A stretch of DNA of 63,981 bases, counting the filler. It is 6 parts of 6 records of this genome, joined end to end, with 100 filler letters (N's around TTAATTAATTAA, not from the genome) between each part and the next. Parts side by side here need not be neighbours in the genome. Positions count along the whole stretch, not along the records: positions 1 to 19,159 come from SRR20825006_2339; 5 more parts are not named here. The stretch is one strand, 5' to 3'. Made by a program: the position numbers and the translations under genes. Positions 1-10,100 of this stretch are shown piece by piece (position 1 is the stretch's first letter; every line of letters begins with the position of its first letter). The notes under the pieces were generated by a model, which saw only the letters and a program-made list of their open reading frames with translations, had not been told where the DNA came from and did not search any database.

Positions 1-1
1 G

Positions 2-1036
2 TATCAAATGCAGAGCCTTTTTGTGGGTGCCGGGATCACCATCGCTAACTTTTCACTTTTTCTGTTTCAAGATTGGTTTGGCTCGTCTCCAGAGCAAAGT
101 GCTGCATTGTGTTCTACGGCGACAGAGACGGTCTCTAATATTCCTACTTGGGTGTATTACTCCTTTTTTCTTGGTGCAATAGCTTCGGTGTTAACGATTA
201 GCTGGTCGGTTTGGAAAACTCCTGAAATTCCTCCGTCAGATGAAGCTTTAGCTGCTTTAAAAAAGGAAAAAAGAGATTCAACCTTTTTACAGCGTATTCA
301 AGAACCTTTTGCTGAGATCATCGGGGCTATTGGTAATATGCCTTCGATGCTAAAAAAACTAGCTGCCGTTTATTTCTTTCAGTGGTATGCGCTATTTGTG
401 TACTGGCAATTTGTAACGCCCATGCTACGCAATAGTATTTATGGCTTGACCAATGAAGATAATCAGCGTTTCGAGGCAATTATGGAGGCTTGTAAGTCAG
501 GCGGAGCTGTAGGTACAGGGGACACTGCTTTTGCTCAAAATTTTCAGATGGTCTCAGAGCAAGCTTTAGCACAGACCGGTTTAATGAACGGAACCTACAA
601 TTTCGTGACGATGATCGTGGCGCTAGCTCTAGTTCCTTTTGCTAAAAAATACGGTTCTCGTAATGTTTATGTATTGAGTTTAGTTTTTACCGGAATTGCC
701 TTATTAAGTATGCCGTTCATCACAAATGAATATGCTCTTCTTATCCCGATGGTCCTGTTTGGTATTGGTTGGGCTGCGATGATGGGTATTCCTTATGCGA
801 TGGTTTCTAAAGTGATTCCTGAAGAAAAACGAGGTGTGTATATGGGAATTGTAAATATGATGATCGTGATTCCTATGTTGATACAAACGGTTACGTTTGG
901 CCCTATTATTAAAAATCTTCTTGGTGATAATGCGGTAAACGCGATCCTTTTTGGTGGCGTGTTTTTTATCATTGCGGCGCTTTTAGCACTACGTCTCAAA
1001 AAGAGCTATTCGTCTGATGAGATCAAATTGCGCTAA
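2..1036 (+). CDS. MFS sugar transporter (SLC45/MalT-like), 5'-truncated at window edge
   Basis: Multiple hydrophobic TM segments; motifs QFFQWYA-like (YFFQWYALFVYW), GIGWAAMMGIPY and GVYMGIVNMMIVIP typical of flavobacterial maltose-type MFS; frame open from position 2. Confidence 0.8.
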   Translation, partial: YQMQSLFVGAGITIANFSLFLFQDWFGSSPEQSAALCSTATETVSNIPTWVYYSFFLGAIASVLTISWSVWKTPEIPPSDEALAALKKEKRDSTFLQRIQEPFAEIIGAIGNMPSMLKKLAAVYFFQWYALFVYWQFVTPMLRNSIYGLTNEDNQRFEAIMEACKSGGAVGTGDTAFAQNFQMVSEQALAQTGLMNGTYNFVTMIVALALVPFAKKYGSRNVYVLSLVFTGIALLSMPFITNEYALLIPMVLFGIGWAAMMGIPYAMVSKVIPEEKRGVYMGIVNMMIVIPMLIQTVTFGPIIKNLLGDNAVNAILFGGVFFIIAALLALRLKKSYSSDEIKLR

Positions 1037-1111
1037 GCGTTAAAATTTTGATACTGTCAAAATTGCGGCAAGGAAACCTTGATATTTCTTAGGGTGATTC
1101 AATAATAGGCT

Positions 1112-1119
1112 TACTTTTG
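1112..1119 (+). promoter_or_regulatory. Bacteroidetes housekeeping -7 promoter element (TAnnTTTG) for maeB
   Basis: TACTTTTG 23 nt upstream of the maeB ATG. Confidence 0.55.
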
Positions 1120-1142
1120 TACTACTAGCAAACACTTAAATT

Positions 1143-3452
1143 ATGAGTAAAGAAAGTAAGCGCCGTGAGGCTTTAGTATATCATGCCAAACCAAAGCCAG
1201 GTAAAATTGCGGTTGTACCTACTAAAAAATATTCTTCACAAAGAGATTTGTCGTTAGCCTATTCTCCTGGGGTTGCAGAGCCTTGTCTGGAGATCGAAAA
1301 AGACAAAGAGAACGCATATAAATATACAGCCAAAGGAAATCTAGTTGCTGTGATTTCTAACGGAACAGCCGTTTTAGGTTTGGGCGATATTGGTCCTGAA
1401 GCCTCAAAACCGGTGATGGAAGGGAAAGGCCTTCTGTTTAAGATTTTTGCAGGAATTGACGTTTTTGATATAGAAGTTGATACTAAAGATGTAGATGCTT
1501 TTATTGAAACTGTAAAGAATATTGCACCAACCTTTGGTGGAATTAACTTAGAAGATATCAAAGCTCCTGAAGCTTTTGAAATCGAGCGTCGTTTAAAAGA
1601 AGAGCTTGATATTCCGGTAATGCACGATGATCAGCACGGTACCGCCATCATTTCTGCGGCAGCATTATTAAATGCGGTCGAACTTACTAATAGAAAGATG
1701 GAAGACATTCGCATTGTGGTAAGTGGTGCCGGTGCTGCAGCGGTTTCTTGTACGCGGCTTTATAAAGCATTTGGAGCAAAAGCAGAAAATATCGTGATGC
1801 TTGACAGTAAAGGAGTTATACGTAGCGATCGTGCAAACCTTACGGTGGAAAAAGCTGAGTTTGCGTCTGATCGTAAAATTGATACACTTTCAGAAGCCAT
1901 GGTAGATGCAGATGTATTTATCGGGTTATCCATTGCAGATATTGTTTCGCCAGAAATGCTTCAATCCATGGCGCCTAACGCGATCGTATTTGCCATGGCA
2001 AATCCAAATCCGGAGATCGACTATAACCTTGCGATGGACACCCGCGACGATATCATAATGGCTACAGGAAGATCTGACCATCCTAATCAGGTGAATAATG
2101 TACTTGGTTTCCCATTTATTTTTAGAGGAGCGCTAGATGTGCGTGCCACAAAAATTAATGAAGAAATGAAGATGGCTGCGGTAAAAGCCTTAGCCGAACT
2201 CGCTAAAGAATCGGTGCCTGAACAGGTGAATATTGCCTACGGCGAAACCCGATTGAACTTTGGTAGTGATTATATTATACCAAAACCTTTTGACCCAAGA
2301 TTGATCGCAAAGGTTCCGCCGGCGGTAGCAAAAGCCGCTATGGATAGTGGCGTAGCTCGTGAACCTATTACGGATTGGGTGAAATATGAAGACGAACTAC
2401 ACGAGCGTATGGGCTCAGATAATAAAATTGTACGTCTTATACTCAACCGTGCTAAAACAGAACCTAAGCGTATTGTTTATGCTGAAGCAGATCAACTAGA
2501 TGTTCTAAAAGCAGCACAAATCATTCACGATGAAGGTATAGGTGTGCCGGTATTGTTAGGAAATCGTGAGACCATTATTGAGCTTATGGAAGAGCTTGAT
2601 TTTGATGCAGATGTGCAAATCATAGATCCTAAAACTCCTGAAGAAAAACCGAAGCTCAACGAGTATGCTCAAATTTACTGGCAAGAGCGCAAGCGCAAAG
2701 GGGTTACACTCTATGATGCGCAGCGTTTATTGAGGCAGCGTAATTACTATGCATCTATGATGGTGAAGCAAGGGGATGTTGATGCGATGATCACAGGATA
2801 TAGCAGTAGTTATCCTTCGGCGGTAAAACCGGTTCTTGAAGTAATTGGTTCGGCGCCTAATGTTCAGAAAGTAGCTGCGGCCAACTTGATGAACACCAGT
2901 CGTGGGCCTTTATTCTTAGCAGATACTTCCATCAATATTGAACCCACCGCAAAAGAATTGGCAAAAATCGCATTGATGACGGCGCGTACGGTGCGTCTCT
3001 TTGGGATGGAGCCGGTAATTGCAATGATCTCGTATTCTAACTTTGGATCTTCAAAAAATCCGCAGGCAGATAAGGTACGCGAAGCGGTTTCCTATTTGCA
3101 TAAATATTACCCTGATCTCGCAGTTGATGGTGAGGTGCAGGCAGATTTTGCTCTTAATGCTGAAATGTTGAAGAGTAAATTTCCATTCTCAAAGCTAGCC
3201 GGGAAAAAGGTGAACACCTTTGTATTCTCCAATATCGATTCAGCCAACATTATGTACAAAATGGTTAAAGAATTGAACAATGCTGATAATATTGGGCCTA
3301 TAATGATGGGTATGAACAAACCGGTTCATGTATTGCAACTGGGAGCAAGTGTAGATGAAATCGTAAATATGTCTGCTGTTGCAGTAATTGACGCACAGCA
3401 GAAAGGGAAAAAGCTTCAGGAAGAATTACTAGGAGAAGCAAATAAAGCGTAA
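1143..3452 (+). CDS. maeB: NADP-dependent malic enzyme with C-terminal phosphotransacetylase-like domain
   Basis: 769 aa; LSLAYSPGVA, VMEGKGLLFK, INLEDI, HDDQHGT, GAGAAA, ATGRSDHPNQVNN motifs plus PTA-like C-terminal half. Confidence 0.95.
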   Translation: MSKESKRREALVYHAKPKPGKIAVVPTKKYSSQRDLSLAYSPGVAEPCLEIEKDKENAYKYTAKGNLVAVISNGTAVLGLGDIGPEASKPVMEGKGLLFKIFAGIDVFDIEVDTKDVDAFIETVKNIAPTFGGINLEDIKAPEAFEIERRLKEELDIPVMHDDQHGTAIISAAALLNAVELTNRKMEDIRIVVSGAGAAAVSCTRLYKAFGAKAENIVMLDSKGVIRSDRANLTVEKAEFASDRKIDTLSEAMVDADVFIGLSIADIVSPEMLQSMAPNAIVFAMANPNPEIDYNLAMDTRDDIIMATGRSDHPNQVNNVLGFPFIFRGALDVRATKINEEMKMAAVKALAELAKESVPEQVNIAYGETRLNFGSDYIIPKPFDPRLIAKVPPAVAKAAMDSGVAREPITDWVKYEDELHERMGSDNKIVRLILNRAKTEPKRIVYAEADQLDVLKAAQIIHDEGIGVPVLLGNRETIIELMEELDFDADVQIIDPKTPEEKPKLNEYAQIYWQERKRKGVTLYDAQRLLRQRNYYASMMVKQGDVDAMITGYSSSYPSAVKPVLEVIGSAPNVQKVAAANLMNTSRGPLFLADTSINIEPTAKELAKIALMTARTVRLFGMEPVIAMISYSNFGSSKNPQADKVREAVSYLHKYYPDLAVDGEVQADFALNAEMLKSKFPFSKLAGKKVNTFVFSNIDSANIMYKMVKELNNADNIGPIMMGMNKPVHVLQLGASVDEIVNMSAVAVIDAQQKGKKLQEELLGEANKA

Positions 3453-3525
3453 AACCTAGATAGAACAGGCTTTAGGTGTGTTGATTAATTTTAATACATT
3501 TGAAGCCTTAACCTTTTATTAGCAG

Positions 3526-4107
3526 ATGATTACTTTTTTAAGAGGCAAGTTGGTCGAAAAAAACCATACTGATGTCGTTATAGAATGTAACGGTATTGGC
3601 TACTTTGTAAATATTTCGCTACATACATTTTCGTTGTTGCCAGATGGGGAGAGCATTATGCTTTATACTTATCTGCACATCAAAGAAGATGCACATACAC
3701 TTTATGGTTTTGCTCATAAATCTGAACGTGAGATCTTTAAATTGTTAATTTCTGTGAGTGGGGTGGGCACGAGCATTGCGCGCACGATGCTTTCTTCTCT
3801 TGAACCTAGTCAAGTGAAACAGGCGATCGCGACCGGCGATGTTAAAACCATTCAGGGGGTAAAAGGTATTGGGGCTAAAACCGCACAACGCGTCATTTTA
3901 GATCTAAAAGATAAAATTCTTAAAGTTTATGATATTAATGAAGTTTCTCCTATAGCAGACAATACCAATAAAGAAGAAGCGTTATCAGCTTTAGAGACCT
4001 TAGGTTTCGCGCGTAAGCAGGCTGAGAAAGTTTGTACGGCGATCGTGCGCGATGAGCCGCAAGCTTCGGTAGAGACGATCATTAAATTAGCACTAAAAAA
4101 ACTGTAA
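3526..4107 (+). CDS. ruvA: Holliday junction branch migration protein RuvA
   Basis: HhH motifs LISVSGVG and VKGIGAKTAQRVILDLK; C-terminal EALSALETLGF; TACATTTG -7 element at 3495-3502. Confidence 0.95.
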   Translation: MITFLRGKLVEKNHTDVVIECNGIGYFVNISLHTFSLLPDGESIMLYTYLHIKEDAHTLYGFAHKSEREIFKLLISVSGVGTSIARTMLSSLEPSQVKQAIATGDVKTIQGVKGIGAKTAQRVILDLKDKILKVYDINEVSPIADNTNKEEALSALETLGFARKQAEKVCTAIVRDEPQASVETIIKLALKKL

Positions 4108-4113
4108 TAGACA

Positions 4114-7100
4114 TTGGGTACAAAACTACGCTGGTTTTCCTTACAAATGCTATTTATCTCTGGGACACTTTTGTGTTCTATGCCCGTATTTGCACAGGAA
4201 GAAGAGCAAGATTCTACCCAAACAGGAGTGAGTTTAGGCAAACTGAGCCTTAAAAACCCTAACTCTATTGTTGCCAAATATACCTACGATCCACTTACAG
4301 ACAAGTATATTTATACCGAGACTTTAGGTCAATACAACATCAATTATCCGCGTATTCTTACGCCAGATGAATTTAAAGAGCTGGTGAAAAAAGAGCGCAT
4401 GAAAACCTATTTTCAGCAGAAAATAGCAGCGGTTGATGGCCGTACCGAAGAAGGAAAAGAAAGTCAAAACGGCTTACTGCCTATTTACTATGTAGAATCT
4501 GACTTTTTTGAATCCATTTTTGGTGGAAATACTATAGAATTTACTCCGCAAGGTTCGGTGGAAATGGACATTGGTGGATTGTTTACCAAACAAGATAACC
4601 CTAGTTTTTCTCCGCGTAACCGAAGCAATTTCAGTTTTGATTTTGATCAGCGTATCAGTTTAAGCTTGCTGGGAAAAGTAGGATCAAGACTGCAGGTGAA
4701 TGCGGTTTATGATACCGAGTCGACCTTCAATTTTCAAAATCAGATCAAATTAGAATACACGCCTAATGAGGATGATATTGTTCAGAAGATCGAAGTAGGT
4801 AATGTAAGTATGCCGCTCAATAGTGCGCTTATTCAGGGTTCGCAAAGTCTATTTGGGGTAAAAACACAGCTTCAGTTCGGAAAAACAACCATTACCGGTG
4901 TGTTCTCTGAGCAGCAATCCCAAACCAATCAAGTAGTCGCTCAAGGCGATGGGACAATTCAGGATTTTGATATTTATGCGTTGGAATATGACGAGAACCG
5001 GCATTATTTTCTGGCGCAGTATTTTAGAGATAATTACGATAGAGCATTAGCAAATTATCCTTTTATCAATTCTAATGTGCAGATCACGCGTATTGAGGTT
5101 TGGGTTACAAACCGTACGCAACGATTTGAAAACACCCGAAACATTGTTGCAATTCAGGATATTGGGGAGTCAGACCCTGCCAAAATAGGTTTGCCTACTA
5201 TTCCGGGAGGCTTTGTTAATCTTCCGGCAGGAGCCTATCCGCGCAACAGTAGTAATGATTTTAATCCGTTTGGTATTGACGGTACCGGCCAGTCTGTGCT
5301 TACTTCTGCCATTCGTGATGTGGCTACAGTGCAACAAGGATTTGGCGGAGTGCAAGTTGCTGACGGATCTGACTATGTTTCTTTAGAAAATGCGCGTCAA
5401 CTGACCGCAGCAGAATATACGCTCAACACCCAATTAGGGTATATCTCCTTAAATCAACGACTCAATAACGACGAAGTTCTGGCGGTAGCCTTTCAATATA
5501 CGGTAAATGGAGAAGTGTATCAGGTAGGGGAGTTTGCTAATGATGGCGTTGACGCTACCAGTGGCGCTTATGCAGATACAGATGGTGATGGAGTGCCTGA
5601 CATTGTAGATGTAGATCCTGACGGCGATGGCGTTAATAATAACGGTCAGGATACTGACGGCGACCAGATTGCTGATGCTGCTGATGCTGATCAGACTAAC
5701 GGTAGCGATATCAATAACGACGGAATTTTAGACAGTTTTATAACACCCGGTCAGGGAGGGACTTCTCAGGCTTTAGTGGTAAAATTGCTTAAGAGTAATA
5801 TCACAGATGTTGAAGAACCCATCTGGGATCTGATGATGAAAAACATTTATGGACTCGGGGTAGGGCAGTTAGAAGCAGACGGGTTTAGGATGAATATTGT
5901 CTATAACTCTCCTTCACCAATAAATTATATTACTCCTGCCGAAGGTGGCCCGGCATTGCCTGACGATGTTGCCAACACGCCCTTACTTAATGTTTTTAAT
6001 CTTGACCGACTCACACAATACGGTGATCCGCAAGTGGGAGGGGATGGTTTCTTTGATTTTCAAGAAGGAATCACGGTTAACGTGCAAAACGGAAGCATCA
6101 TTTTTACTTCGGTTGAGCCTTTTGGGGAATATCTGTTTGATAAACTGCGCACGACAGCAGGTGAGAATTATGAGAATTCAGATACGTATAATGCCAATCA
6201 GCGCAAGTACGTATACACTTCATTATACGAGTCTACCAAAACCATTGCGCAAGATAATGCTGATAAAAACCTGTTTCAACTGCAAGGAACTTTTAAATCT
6301 ACGCAAGAAGAGGGGATTCCTATAGGGGCGTTTAATATTCCACAAGGTTCGGTTACAGTAACTGCCGGAGGTCGCGTGCTTCAGGAAGGTTTAGATTATT
6401 CGGTAGATTATGCCAGAGGCCGCGTGATCATTTTAGATCAGGCGCTTAAGGGATCTGGTGTTCCTATTCAGGTTTCTACCGAAAACAATGCTTTATTTGG
6501 TCAGCAGACCAAGCGTTTTACAGGGTTAAATGTCGAGCATCAGTTCAATGAGAATTTTATGATTGGTGGTACTTTACTCAATCTAAATGAGCGCCCCTTA
6601 ACACAAAAAGCAACGTACAGCTTTGAGCCAATTAACAATACAATCTTTGGTTTTAATGCGAATTATTCTACCGAAGTTCCCTTTTTAACCCGACTTGTAA
6701 ACAAGCTTCCTAATATTGATACCGATGTGCCTTCTAATATTTCGGTTAGAGGCGAGGTTGCTTATTTGATTCCGGGGCAACCCAAAGCCACTGAATTTGG
6801 TGGGGAAGCAGCTTCGTATATTGATGATTTTGAAGGAACACAAACCTCGCTAGACATCAGTTCGCCTTTGCAATGGTTTTTATCTTCTGCACCTATAGAT
6901 TTTGGAGGCGAACTTTCTAATGGAGATTTGAGAACGGGGTATCAACGCGCAAAGTTGGCGTGGTACACAATAGATCCTATATTTTATACCAGTCAGCGCC
7001 CTGATGGAATAACAGACGCTGATGTTTCAACCTATGCGACGCGTCGCGTATTTAGAGATGAGATTTTTCCGGAACAGGATATTATTGCAGGAACCACTCA

Positions 7101-10100
7101 GGCATTATTTACGCTAGACCTCGCGTTTTACCCGGGAGAGCGCGGACCGTATAATTACAGTCTGGATGCTCAGGACGGTATTTTAGAAAATCCTGTGGAG
7201 AATTTTGGAGGCATTATGCGTCAATTTGCTTCAACAGATTTTGAGCAGCAAAACGTGGAGTTTATTGAGTTTTGGGTAATGGATCCATTTATCTATGCTG
7301 AAAATGCAACCAACACCGGAGGACGTTTGACTATAGATCTAGGAAATATTTCTGAAGATGTCTTGAAGGATGGCCGAAAACAATATGAAAATGGGTTGCC
7401 GCAAGATGGCTCTGCGAGCAATACAGTTGCGACTTCCTGGGGTAAAGTTCCTACCAATCAAGCGCTGATCTATGCCTTTGATACAGAAGGTGAGCAGCGA
7501 ACCAATCAAGATGTAGGCTATGACGGTCTGAGCGATGATCAAGAAGCGGTAAATTTTCCGGAGTTTGCAGGCTTGGAAGATCCTTCGGCAGATAATTATC
7601 AATATTTTGTTGCGGCAAATGGTTCGGTTTTAAACCGATATAAGAACTATAACGGCCTGGAAGGAAACTCTCCGGTGGATGTTTCTCAAACCGATAGAGG
7701 TTCAACCACGGTTCCTGATGTAGAAGATTTCAATAGAGATTTTTCTATGAATACTGTTGACAGTTACTATGAATATCAAATGGAAATCACGCCGCAAAGT
7801 CTTGATATTTCAAACGAATTTATAGTTGATCAGCGGGATATTGAAGTGACACTTCAAAATGGAAACACGATGCCGGTGACCTGGTATCAATTTAAAATAC
7901 CTATCAGTGAGCCTACGGGTAGTAAAGGTGGTATTAACGATTTTAGATCTATTCGCTTTATGCGTATGTATATGAGCGGCTGGGAAGACCCTACGGTGCT
8001 GCGTTTTGGTGCGTTTGACTTGGTGCGTGGAGATTATCGTCGCTACTTATACACGCTTGATCCTGACGAATCAGACCCATCAACTGAGAATACGCGTTTT
8101 GAAGTTACTTCGGTAAATATTGAAGAAAACAACAATCGTAACCCTATTCCTTATGTGTTGCCTCCGGGTGTTTACAGGGAAGAGCTTATCAATAACAATA
8201 ACAATATTAGACAGAATGAGCAGTCGCTGTCTTTAACGGTTTGCGATCTAGAAACGCAAGATAGTAGAGCGGTGTATAAAAATTTCAGGTTAGACATGCG
8301 TCAGTATGAAAACCTAGAAATGTTTATACACTTAGAATCTCTGATCAATGAAGTGGCTATTCAAGAAAATGAAATGGTCGCGATCATTCGTATGGGGACC
8401 GACTTAACTTCTAATTTTTATCAGATTGAATTGCCGCTGACCCCAACTGCTTTTGGAACGACAAGTCCTGATCTGATTTGGCCGGAAGCTAATCAGCTCA
8501 AAGTGCCTTTGGATGTTCTGCAAACCGTGAAAGCGACATTCTTTAATGGTAATTATAATACACTCTTAGATGAGATCACCTATTTTGATGAGGAAGGAAA
8601 TCCTATCGCTGACCCTGCAGGAACGCCTTATGAAACCGGAAAAGTTCGAGTAGGTATTCAAGGAAATCCAAGTTTTGGAGATGTGCGCGTGTTGATGTTG
8701 GGGCTTAAAAATGGAAATGACGAAGGTCGCTCAACAGTATGCGCCGAAGCTTGGTTTAATGAATTGCGTTTGTCTGGTTTACAAAACGAAGGCGGCTGGG
8801 CCGGAATTGTGAATATGGATGCTAATCTCGCAGACTTTGCTACGTTTTCAGGAACGGCAAGACAATCTACTACCGGTTTTGGTAGTATTGATGCGGGACC
8901 GAATCAGCGTGCTCGTGAGGATGTGAAGTCTTATGATGTGGTTACCAATGTGAATTTAGGACAACTCTTGCCGCAAAAGTGGGGCATTAAAGTACCTTTT
9001 AATTACGCCAAAGGCGTTGAGACCATCACGCCACAATACGACCCGTTATATACCGACTTAGAATTAGATGACAGGTTGGCTTCTGCTTCTTCTGAGGCAG
9101 AACGTGAGCGTATTAAAGAAATCGCAATTGAGCGCACCAAGCGCGAAAGCATCAACTTTATTGGTGTGCGTAAAGAGCGCACAGGAGATAAAAAACCGAT
9201 GCCGTGGGATATTGAGAATTTTACATTTGCTTACAGCCACAATCAGGAAGAACACAAAGATTTTGAGATTGAGCAATCGGTAAATAAAAATGTTCGGGCG
9301 GGAGCGACATATACGATGGCGTTTCAGCCAAAAACAGTGGAGCCTTTTAAGAAGAATGATTCTCTATTTGCCAACAAATATTGGAAGCTTTTAAAAGACT
9401 TCAACTTTAATTATTTGCCGGCTAGCGTTAATATTTCTTCTAATATTACCAGACAATTTAGTCAGCAACGCTTTAGAGATATTCTTGCGACAGAAGGCTC
9501 TATTCCTATCCCAGAATATTTGCAACGCAATTATCAGTTTGACCGCAACTTTACGATCAACTTCCCGGTTACGAAATCCTTGCGCATCAACCTCGATCAA
9601 TATCAAAACCGCGTAGTGCGTAATTATTTGAATCCGGATAGTTCTATAGATGAAAACGCCGGAGGGGTTTATTCGCAATTTTTTGATGTAGGAACACCTG
9701 ATCGTCATAACCAGACCATGCAGCTTAATTATGACTTGCCGGTAAATAAACTTCCGTTTTTAGATTTTGTAAAATCTACATACTCGTACAGTGCAGATTT
9801 TCAGTGGACACGAGGTTCGTATCAATTACAAACTTTAGAGGGAATACCAGATCTTGGGAATTCGGTTCAAAATGCAAATACCCACGCATTGCAGACCACC
9901 TTAGATATGAAAACGCTTTACGATGCGATCGGCTTGTCTAAAAAATCTGCAGGCCCTTCTTCTAGATCAGACCGTAGTCGGGCTGTTCCTACCTTAGGGA
10001 CACCAACACAGCCTAAGCAACAGCAAGAAGAGAATACGCTGAGCGCCGGCGAAAAGGCTACCAATACATTGATAGGTATAGCAACCGGTATTAAGCGTAT

